A DNA stretch of 64,000 nucleotides from an uncultured Nitrospiraceae bacterium (GTDB lineage: Bacteria; Nitrospirota; Nitrospiria; Nitrospirales; Nitrospiraceae): NCBI GenBank assembly GCA_963846575.1, contig CAWJWJ010000001.1, positions 512,001-576,000 of the forward strand. The letters are read 5' to 3'. Each line of letters begins with the position of its first letter. The stretch's first letter is position 1. Below the pieces are notes generated by a model. That model was not told the DNA's origin, ran no database searches, and worked only from the letters and a program-made list of their open reading frames with translations. Both the position numbers and the translations under genes were made by a program. This document shows positions 39,500 through 48,400 of the stretch, in pieces.

Positions 39500-40981
39500 C
39501 TAACGTCGTACCCATCCATACAATCGATGACTCGGCTCAGGGCCTTCCTCGAGATAACTCATCCGCATGCGACCCACATAATCAGACGGTACCTCGCTGC
39601 GAACGGCAGCGACATCCACGCCGAACAGTTTCGCGGCGTTCAATCCGAAAATGTCTGTCTTGGCCTCTCGCGTCAACGGCATATACCCATGCCGTTCAAT
39701 CAGCTGATCCGGCATCTGAAACCGGCGGAAGGCTTCGATTTGCCACTGCGGCGTGCCGGACCAGATCGAGTCTGTTCCCCACAGCACGTGATCCACGCCG
39801 AAGGCCTTGATGATTTGCCCCAGCAGATGCGCACAAACCGCCGGATGGGCGGTCACCAGTTGTCCGAACGTGGCGCCCAATTCCATATAGATGTTGTGGA
39901 TGGCCGGTTCCGCCTGTTTCATCCGGCAGAACTCCGTCGTCCAGGGGATGGCACCGGTCCTGGCGAAGGTGTCGTCCACCGATGCCGACGTCAACAGACC
40001 TGAGTGATAGACCACAAACTGCAGGTCGGGAAAGTCCCTGGCAGCCTTGATGAGATCGCGGGGATGATTGTATTCAGGAACCGGGCCGAGCGGAAGGCCT
40101 TTATGAACACAGATGCGCGGGACTTTTAGCTTCCGCGCCTGTTCCAACATGGGATAGGCGATCTTCTCGTCATCCATCCACCAACCCTGTTGAAATCCCA
40201 CCGGGCATGAACCCGTATAACACTTCCACGCATCGACCTTGAGGGTCTCCGCCTGCATTGCCATGAAGTCCAGATCCTTGAGCCCTAACTGCGGCGTGGC
40301 CAACCCATGCGCCAGCATGCGCTGCGAACCGGCCAGGCGGTTGATCTCATCCCGTATGTGCGCCATTTCCTTCGGCGGCACGACCGCTTCCTGGGGATAG
40401 GGCCCCGGCGGGGTACTGATCAATCCGATGGCGGTCTCACTGTCCAGGAATAGTTCTTTGATGAAGTTCTGCCAGGAAAGATCGTCGATGGTGCCGCGAT
40501 CCGCGGAGAGTTTCGGGTTCAACCCCGCCTCTCGCGTTCGCCGCCGCAGCGACAAGAGGGCCTGCTTGGTCACCGCTCCTTTGCGGTCCGCCTCCGCCTC
40601 AGACGGATCGTAATGGCTGCCGACGTAATGCGTTTGCACATCGATGATAAAGTAGGGATCCCCCGTGCGCTCTGCGAATGCGGCCGCTTCAACCGCTTCA
40701 ACATCCAGCACGTCGAAGAATTTGCCGAACACGCTGTTCATGGCCAGGAGCGCCGCGGCCATCCCACCGGTGGTCCGCAGAAAGTCACGTCGCGTGAGAC
40801 CTAACGAGGCGGCTGCCCGATCAGCCGAAGCCTCGATTATCTCGTCAACCCTGGCCTGAGCCGCTGTTTGCGCATGCGGGACAAACTCTTCATTGGACAC
40901 CACGCGAGTCGGAAGGGGCGATGCCGACAGCACCCCTCGCCTGAGTCCCCTCACATCTGCCATGCCTTTTGATCGCCCCAT
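39500..40981 (-). CDS. Amidohydrolase_2 family protein with an internal twin-arginine motif
   Basis: SD GGAGG; IDVQTH, CVHKG, VVYHSG and WGTDSIW. Confidence 0.9.
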   Translation of the reverse strand: MGRSKGMADVRGLRRGVLSASPLPTRVVSNEEFVPHAQTAAQARVDEIIEASADRAAASLGLTRRDFLRTTGGMAAALLAMNSVFGKFFDVLDVEAVEAAAFAERTGDPYFIIDVQTHYVGSHYDPSEAEADRKGAVTKQALLSLRRRTREAGLNPKLSADRGTIDDLSWQNFIKELFLDSETAIGLISTPPGPYPQEAVVPPKEMAHIRDEINRLAGSQRMLAHGLATPQLGLKDLDFMAMQAETLKVDAWKCYTGSCPVGFQQGWWMDDEKIAYPMLEQARKLKVPRICVHKGLPLGPVPEYNHPRDLIKAARDFPDLQFVVYHSGLLTSASVDDTFARTGAIPWTTEFCRMKQAEPAIHNIYMELGATFGQLVTAHPAVCAHLLGQIIKAFGVDHVLWGTDSIWSGTPQWQIEAFRRFQMPDQLIERHGYMPLTREAKTDIFGLNAAKLFGVDVAAVRSEVPSDYVGRMRMSYLEEGPEPSHRLYGWVRR

Positions 40982-41006
40982 CGCCTCCGCTCCCTGGTGC
41001 GGCCCG

Positions 41007-41035
41007 ATTCTGTGGAATGTCCCCGGTCCTGTCAA
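41007..41035 (-). promoter_or_regulatory. Sigma70 promoter for the amidohydrolase operon
   Basis: TTGACA-N17-CAGAAT. Confidence 0.6.
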
Positions 41036-41230
41036 GTCGCGCCGGGCCATCGGTCAATCCGGTCGGCCCCGTGAGCTCGCGGCCTGCTCCCTCAAGATCG
41101 GCCACGTTTCAACCGATACAGTCCAACTGGACGCCCTCATGCCTGACGAGGGACTGAATCACGATTGGTGGACGGCCATCAGGCGGTGGGGGCCGCCCCG
41201 CCGAGGCGGCACACCCGCACAAGAGGCCCC

Positions 41231-41566
41231 ATGCGACGAGTCGTGGTTGAAGAACTCACGCCGGGGATGATCCTAGCCAAACCGGTCACGAATACAGCCG
41301 GGCTGGTCGTGCTTCCCGCCGGCGCCGAACTGAATGATGTGACTCTCCCCCGCGTGCGACGCCTGAGTCCGGCTGCGGTATGGATAGAAGGCGATGCCGG
41401 CGACGAAGGAGGCAAAACTGTCGCCGAATTAGAAGCCGAACTCGATCACCGCTTCCGCCTGGTCATTCACGATCCACTTCAGCAGCAACTTCAGGAATCC
41501 ATCCGTCTTCACATCCGGACTATACATGGGGTCGGGGAGAGCCCAGGCCCGGCGCCGCTATCATGA
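41231..41566 (+). CDS. Small protein resembling the N-terminal domain of HD-GYP proteins
   Basis: ELTPGMILAKPV...GLVVLPAGAEL; ATGA overlap with the HDOD gene. Confidence 0.8.
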   Translation: MRRVVVEELTPGMILAKPVTNTAGLVVLPAGAELNDVTLPRVRRLSPAAVWIEGDAGDEGGKTVAELEAELDHRFRLVIHDPLQQQLQESIRLHIRTIHGVGESPGPAPLS

Positions 41567-42399
41567 GTCTCTCGACCAAGGTGGATCTTCACCGGCGGAT
41601 CGAACAAGTCGGCGAATTGCCGACGCTGCCTCATGTCGTTCAAAAACTCGCGTCCATGATCGGCCGCCCGAATGTCTCGGCGGAAGAGATCGGCGACTTG
41701 ATCGGGAAGGATCAAGTGCTCTCCGCCAAAGTCCTGCGGTTGGCCAATTCGCCCTTTTACGGATTCCCCGCGCGCATTGCCTCAGTCCCCCATGCGGTGG
41801 TGGTGTTGGGATTGAACGTCGTCAAAGGACTGACCTTGTGCGCCACCGCGTTCGACATGATGAAAAATGCCGGCATGCACGAACTCTGGCGGCACTCCCT
41901 GGGCGTCGCCATCACCGCCCATATCCTCGGCGCAAAAGCCGCGCTGAAGAATCCCGAAGAAGTGTTCGTGGCCGGCCTGCTGCACGACATCGGCAAGGTG
42001 GTGCTGTACGTCAAATGGCCCGATGTCGGCCAGCAGGTCATCGCCGTCACTCGCAAGACTTCCCGTTCGCTGCTGGAAACTGAACAGGAGTTGTTCAATG
42101 TCACCCACGGCGATGTGGGGGGATGGCTCGCAGCCGCATGGCACCTTCCGACGAGTCTTCTCGAACCCATTCTCTATCACCACCAGCCTGCGGCCGCCCA
42201 GGAGGCTTCGTTACAAACCGCCATCGTCCATGTGGCTGATGTGTTAGTAAAGGGTCTCGCCTGCGGCAATCCCGGAGACCTGCTGGTGCCGCCGCTCTCG
42301 AGACAGGCCTGGGATCTCGTAGGTCTGGACGCGCAGAGCCTGCGTGATTGCCTCGCCAAGGCCACTGAAGAATTCAAGACTATCGATGACTACCTATGA
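41563..42399 (+). CDS. HDOD domain protein
   Basis: LPTLP, DQVLSAKVLRLANSPFYG, AGLLHDIGK and HH.P. Confidence 0.95.
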   Translation: MSLSTKVDLHRRIEQVGELPTLPHVVQKLASMIGRPNVSAEEIGDLIGKDQVLSAKVLRLANSPFYGFPARIASVPHAVVVLGLNVVKGLTLCATAFDMMKNAGMHELWRHSLGVAITAHILGAKAALKNPEEVFVAGLLHDIGKVVLYVKWPDVGQQVIAVTRKTSRSLLETEQELFNVTHGDVGGWLAAAWHLPTSLLEPILYHHQPAAAQEASLQTAIVHVADVLVKGLACGNPGDLLVPPLSRQAWDLVGLDAQSLRDCLAKATEEFKTIDDYL

Positions 42400-43373
42400 A
42401 CAACCCGCCGTCCACCCGACGCATCCTGTTACTTCACAGTGACCCCGGCGAAACCGAGCGACTGTCAGTCGGGCTGAAGCGGTCGGGATTCGATGTGTTG
42501 GTGGGGGATGCCGACCGCCTCGCCATGCACGAACTCGTGCATGATCCTCCCTGTCTAGTCCTGGCTGCAGAGGGAACGAACGGGCGTTCGGCGGACACCC
42601 TTGCCCGTGAGTTGCGTGCCGATCCGTTCCTGGGACGGCTGCCGCTGATCATCCTGGTACGGGATATCCGGATCAATGATTTGGACTGGGCGACGCTCGG
42701 CGTGGACGACTATATCGCCGTGCCCTACCGCACTGACGAAGTGCCGCAACGCGTGCGTCTGTGCCTCAGCCGGCTTGAACGATCGTTAGACGCCAATCCC
42801 TTGACCAGGCTCCCGGGCAACAGCACAATTCTCCACGAAACGACCGCGCGTATCGACAGCCGCGCGCCCTTTGCCCTGGCCTATCTCGATCTCGACAACT
42901 TCAAGTCGTTCAACGACCGTTATGGATATGCCCGGGGAGATGAGGTCCTGGTTGTCACCTGTCGAATTCTGACGACCGTCGTCAGCGAACTCACCGGCAG
43001 CGATGGGTTTGTCGGGCATGTCGGAGGAGACGATTTTGTTTTCATGAGCGCGCTCCCCAATATGGAAGCCATCTGCCAGACACTCATCAAGCGCTTTGAC
43101 CTGGTGATCCCTGATTTTTACGATCCCGCCGATCGGCAGCAGGGATTTATCGATTCGGTGGATCGCCGGGGAAACCACGAACGGTTCCCCATCATGAGCC
43201 TGTCCATCGCCGTGGTGACCAATGAACATCGCACCATCTCGCATCCCGGCGACGTCAGCAAAATCGCCTCTGAGTTGAAGAAGGTTGCCAAGAGCCGCCC
43301 CGGCAGCGTCTTTGTCAAAGACCTTCGGCGGACCGACACAACGGACGTAGCCTCCGGGACTGCTAAAGCCTAA
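42396..43373 (+). CDS. Diguanylate cyclase with degenerate receiver domain (GGDDF)
   Basis: ANPLTRLPGN, DLDNFKSFNDRYG and GHVGGDDF. Confidence 0.92.
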   Translation: MNNPPSTRRILLLHSDPGETERLSVGLKRSGFDVLVGDADRLAMHELVHDPPCLVLAAEGTNGRSADTLARELRADPFLGRLPLIILVRDIRINDLDWATLGVDDYIAVPYRTDEVPQRVRLCLSRLERSLDANPLTRLPGNSTILHETTARIDSRAPFALAYLDLDNFKSFNDRYGYARGDEVLVVTCRILTTVVSELTGSDGFVGHVGGDDFVFMSALPNMEAICQTLIKRFDLVIPDFYDPADRQQGFIDSVDRRGNHERFPIMSLSIAVVTNEHRTISHPGDVSKIASELKKVAKSRPGSVFVKDLRRTDTTDVASGTAKA

Positions 43374-43426
43374 GCGGTCGACTCCCCGATCTATGTGCAT
43401 CACCATGAACCCTGATGCGACATCGC

Positions 43427-43981
43427 CTACTCCGGGCGTTGCTCGGGGGCCTGCTCGACGGGAACGTGCTCGACCGAGCCTTCCCCGCCCCGCGTCTCTC
43501 CCTGCTGGCGGCGCAAGTCTCTTCGGTACGCCCGACGTTCCTCAGGCGACATACTTTGAAATTTATCCCGCAAGGCCTTACGCTCCTCTGGCGGGAGCGA
43601 CCTGAACCATCGCCGGGCATCTCTCACCGACTCACGCTGCTCGGGCGGGAGCTGACGAAACTGCTGAAACCGTTCACGCAACTGTTGTTGCTGCTCCGGC
43701 GGAAGGTTCCGCCACTGCTTGAAGCGCTGCTTCGCTTCTTGACGTTCCTCCGGGGTCATCGTTCCCCATTGTTGGGCCCCGTTGCGTAGCCGGTCCTGCT
43801 TGCGCGGCGGCAACTGATCCCAAGTATTATTGAAGCGTTGCAGCAGTTGCTGTTCACCCGGGCTCAATTGGCTCCAGGGAACTCCTTTTGGCTCGTCTTG
43901 ACCCCAGGCCGTCGCCACCCCACATCCCAACAGAATGATGTATGTCAGTACGAGTCTCATGGGGCTAACCTGCATCTTCAT
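43427..43981 (-). CDS. DUF3106 domain protein
   Basis: Signal peptide plus tandem W/F..L.PE.R repeats. Confidence 0.88.
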   Translation of the reverse strand: MKMQVSPMRLVLTYIILLGCGVATAWGQDEPKGVPWSQLSPGEQQLLQRFNNTWDQLPPRKQDRLRNGAQQWGTMTPEERQEAKQRFKQWRNLPPEQQQQLRERFQQFRQLPPEQRESVRDARRWFRSLPPEERKALRDKFQSMSPEERRAYRRDLRRQQGETRGGEGSVEHVPVEQAPEQRPE

Positions 43982-43997
43982 TGGTTCACCTGCTTGC

Positions 43998-44351
43998 CTA
44001 CCCCGTCGCAGCCGGACCATTGGCCAGCCAGTCGTAGAAGTCCAAGTCTTCCGATAGTTCGATATTTTCGGACGACTGCATCAATTCGAGTTCCTCGAGC
44101 AGCGGAAGGGGAGAATGGTTCTCCCCGCCCGAAGGCCAGAGAGTAAGGGCCAACGCGGCCATCGAGGCCAGGGCCGCTCCACCCACCCACCGAAGCCAGG
44201 AGCGTCGCGGCGAAACATGGTCCAATACATTCAGGCGCGCGCGCTGCACCATGAGGACGGTCTTCTGATCAAGATCATGCACGCTGTGATCCAGAAGACG
44301 CTTGGCCGCAGCAGCTAAGGGATCTGATTGGGGGTTCCACCATTCGCTCAT
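43998..44351 (-). CDS. Putative membrane anti-sigma factor (DUF3619-like)
   Basis: One TM helix, C-terminal EDLDFYDWL; ATGA coupling to the sigma gene. Confidence 0.8.
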   Translation of the reverse strand: MSEWWNPQSDPLAAAAKRLLDHSVHDLDQKTVLMVQRARLNVLDHVSPRRSWLRWVGGAALASMAALALTLWPSGGENHSPLPLLEELELMQSSENIELSEDLDFYDWLANGPAATG

Positions 44352-44899
44352 GGCCAATGTTCTCCTAGTCGTTTTCTCAACACCTGCAATGCCCGGAAGA
44401 GATGCGTCTTGACGCTTCCTTCGGAGCAACCCATTGCACGTGCGGTTTGCGCGACGTCCAGCTCTTCCCAGATGCGCAAGAGAAATGCCTGCTGTTGTCG
44501 CAAAGGCAGCGTGCGGAGAGCGACATCCAAAGCCGCACAGGCGCGCTTGCGCCTCAGGTCCTCGTCCGGCGCAACGGCCGCTCCATCGGGAACTTGTTCA
44601 AGCGGATCCTCGCGTTCCTCCTCGTCCTGCGAACTATGAAAGAATTCCCGCAGACGGTTTCTCACTCTCGTCCGGCGGTACCAATCGCGAATGCGACTCT
44701 GCAGAATACGGTGAAATAGCGGCCCCCACTCGCCTTCCGCCCGTTCGCCATACTTCTGGACGAGCTTCAACATGGCATCCTGCACGAGATCGAGCGCCTC
44801 GTCCTCATTCCCCGTGGCAATCTGCGCCATGCGGAATGCCCGCCGCTCAATTCCCGCTAAAAACCGGTCCAATGCCTGGGTTTGATCCAGAGAGTCCAC
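44348..44899 (-). CDS. ECF RNA polymerase sigma factor; start 44899 (GTG) or 44965 (ATG)
   Basis: ALDLVQDAM, LPLRQQQAFLLR and GSVKTHLFRA. Confidence 0.93.
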   Translation of the reverse strand: MDSLDQTQALDRFLAGIERRAFRMAQIATGNEDEALDLVQDAMLKLVQKYGERAEGEWGPLFHRILQSRIRDWYRRTRVRNRLREFFHSSQDEEEREDPLEQVPDGAAVAPDEDLRRKRACAALDVALRTLPLRQQQAFLLRIWEELDVAQTARAMGCSEGSVKTHLFRALQVLRKRLGEHWP

Positions 44900-45413
44900 C
44901 CTCTCACCCAGGCAGATCCTGCCGGGTTGTCCATTCACACCGATAGAGGAATGCCCACTGTTCATGGCCGCTACCGCGCCTGCTCCAGAACGACGGTTCG
45001 CATGCAATCCGGAATGCGGGCTGCACCATGGCCCACCCGCCGGGGACTCGGTGCGACCCGGTCGCCCTGACCCCTATCCTCGCGAGAACTCGCTCGATCA
45101 CTGAGGTCTGTGCGATTCTCGATCTGAGCATCCACAAAATCAAGCGACTGCCGGGCGTAGACTCCCATAAAAGACCATGCTCACATGCGCCGTTATTCCC
45201 TCGGAGATCACGACATCCATCTGTGATTCCCTCCCGGGGTGTTATCGACCCTCCTCTGCCGGAAAACGCACCATCCATTCGTCGGTTGACCGGACGAGCA
45301 AGTTCGATACTGAAGTGCCGCGCGAGAGGAACGATGACGGATGTTTTCGAGCGGGAACAGCAGCTGTATATATCAATGGACGATGCGGAGAAAGCAGGTA
45401 GGAGGGGCTTCCG

Positions 45414-48400
45414 TCACAATGATTTGTTGTCGGGCCTATCCAAAGTCCGTTTGGCTCCCGACCAGGCGGTCGGGGGAATCTGCACAACCAGGTCAAACCG
45501 GTCGCGCGCCTCATCATCTTTCAGGTCCCGCCCGACACTATACAAGACACCCTTTTTCTTGTTGACCAGCATGGGAAATCCGGTGAAGGGATCGTAGAGA
45601 CCTTGCCCGGCCTTGGCAATTCTGGTCAGCAAATCCTGTTCGGGCGGAGTCCGCCGCAGCCATGCTTGTAGGGACACCAGGCGCAGGCGCGCATCGGTCT
45701 CCATGACTCGGCCCGCATACGTCTCCCAGGCGGGAAGCGGTTCCGCCCCGAGGAGCCCCTCCAGAGGATTCAGCAACCGGTCCAGGGTCCCATGGGGCGG
45801 GGTACGCAGGAACTGCGACTGTTTGGGCAGATCCGCATAGCGGCCTTCCGCCACGGCCTTGCCCACCTCTTGATAATACTGCGCATACGCATTGAATCGA
45901 CGCTGTTTGGGCATGGGGAAGGCGGCGATCACCGAGCCATAGAACGGACGCGCATCGGGCTCGTCGTGGCTCAGCGTCTCCTCCAATGTCTGCGTGGCCA
46001 GTACAAACTGGCTCTGCATCGGCCACCGCATGGACTGCTCGGCTTGATCGAGCGGCCGAGCAACCTTGGCAAGCCGACTGACCAGCGAGTCTTCTAAATC
46101 AGGTGTCAGGAGAAGCCCGCTGACGACTGCGAGGTCTTCGTTGAGGGCCTCGCTGGCCAACATTTTCACCGGCATGGTCTTGGCCAGGCCCATGACGGTC
46201 CGCCAAGCAGTGATATCGCTTTCGAGCCGCGCGACTCCCGCCTCCTGATCTTGAGCGAATCCTTCCGCGACGTACAGCCGATGCGCATACAGGATGACAT
46301 CGCATCTCGGACTGACCGGCTGTCCGTATCCCCAATCTTCGAACGGCTTGGTGAGCCACTGCCGGTACCGGCCCATGGCTACCCCTGCCTGTGACACCCA
46401 GGACTTCACCCGGGGCGCCTCCGTCATCATCTGAGCTGCCGGGTCGATGGTCTTGAACCACTTACCCGCCACTTCAGCTGATGCACCCTGTTGACCGCCC
46501 GACCCATTGCCTTCTCCCCCCAGACAGGCGCGGATGACCTGCCGATCGGCTACTTCAGCCCGGCTGTCAATCCCGGCCTGCACAGGGTCTTGAGTCGGTC
46601 CGGCACCAAACCCCAGCAAGAGGAAATATCCGTTCTTCTGCGAATCCGGGAGAGTATGTTGTGGCACCGACGTCATCGTTCGATAGGCCGGGGACGGTTG
46701 CTCTTCAAGGATCAGCCACGTCAGCGCGATTGCTCCAGCGGAGCCCGCAAGGATCGCCAGTGAGAGACCCACGATCGCCGTTCCCAGAACCACCAGTAAT
46801 CGGGTCGTGGAGACCCCCGCACCGATGAGCGACGCAGCGGCCCTGCTGAGGTGACGCCACGCCCATGCACCCACCAGCATGCCCGTCTTTGGGGAAGATA
46901 CCTGCCGCTCCAGTTGAACGGACAAAGGTTCCATCGATCGATCGCTTTGATGGTCCGGTAAGACCTGGGTCGCCTCATAGTGCTCATGCAACGGAACAGG
47001 AGTGAGTGACGGCGGCTCAGCTGGAATCGTCGCCGGACGACTGACCTCGGCAGCCGCCTCCGGTGTCGGCTTTCTCAACCAGCGTGCCAGCATGCTCCCG
47101 GTCGAAACGTCCCGGGTCGGCGTTAAGGAAGAGTGATCCCACAAAATCCGAGGACCGCCACCCTCTGGACCTTCCGCAACTGGGACCGTCGCTGATGTCG
47201 CCTCTTGTCCATCGTCTTCAGGCAGTCCTGGGACCGCCACGACCGTTTCCGGGACAAGGGCTTCGGCTGGTTCAACGGGAACCACGGGTATTACATTCGA
47301 TTCGTTAGAATGAACAGGGACAAACCCATCAGTGGATAGGGCCTGCTGGCCCTCCGAGTCTTGCGCTGCCTTGCCGGCCGCATTCCCTTCCCCCGTTGAA
47401 GCCGATTCGCTCAACGGAGAGACTCCCGCATCACCGCCGACAGCCTCGGGCATTGATGCACAGTCCTGCATCACGGGCTCAGGCTCCGGCGGGTGTGCGG
47501 CCTTGCACTCTTCCGACAGGAGATCGGAGGTCACTGCAGCCGCTTCAATCCGCGCGGCCGGCTGCTCAAAAATCAAAGCCTCTCCAGAGGGAACATCAAT
47601 GGCTTCGACAACAGGCTCAGGAATGGGAACGATCAGCGTTTCCTGGGCAACTGCATCAACCAGTAGCTCGTCGACATGGGAGGGTGCATTCAGAGCGCCC
47701 GCTTCTGTCAACTCATCGGGCGTGGACTCGAGAGCGCCGGAAGCGTTCTGCTCCAAAGCCGGTGACGGACTCGGAAGAGATACGTCTATGGGCGCTTCGA
47801 GCCACGATCCGGCAATCGCTAGCTGTGGGTCCACTTCCGATGCCGCAACCGCTTCACTTCCGCCGAAACAGCCCGCGTGTTCCAGTGACAGATCCTTCGG
47901 TACTTGGGCTGCTGGATCTGACAGTAAGACGCTTTCCGCTTCAGCCGGGCCGACCGACTCGACGGGCCCCACAGGGGTACCGATCGGTGAGAATTGGTCG
48001 GGCGGTTCGACAAACGTCTGGGAAGGCAGAATACAGAACTCCTCCTTCCGGGATGCTTCGGGAGGCACGCCGTCACTTACCGGCGCGTCTACAGCAGGGG
48101 CTGCGGTGGATGATAAGTCAGGCCCATACTCCGTCAGGGATAGGGGGGCGGAGGAATCGTGAGTCCCCTCCACATCGGCAGAGACCGGGCCGAATTCTGG
48201 TTCAGGGTCCGGTCGAGGGATCGTGACGTCTTCGACTTCGACCTGCTCCCAAGGCATCGGAGCCGAAAGAGGAGGAGCGGCCTCGAATGCGGGTGTGAAC
48301 GGGTCCGGCGTCAGAGTCTCGAACGAGAGCCAGTCCGTTTCCGACCGTTCTGAAATGGACCCGTCTCTCGATGCTGTCTCCTCCGGCGCGGCAGGCTCGG

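Noticed and set aside
40981..41140. In-frame TGA upstream of the amidohydrolase as possible selenocysteine read-through
   Set aside because: The segment contains the gene's promoter, and there is no redox-motif context or evident SECIS.
43427..44899. ECF sigma/anti-sigma/DUF3106 triplet and its internal repeats as a novel system
   Set aside because: Widely seen arrangement; the repeats are ordinary DUF3106 protein repeats, not a DNA array.
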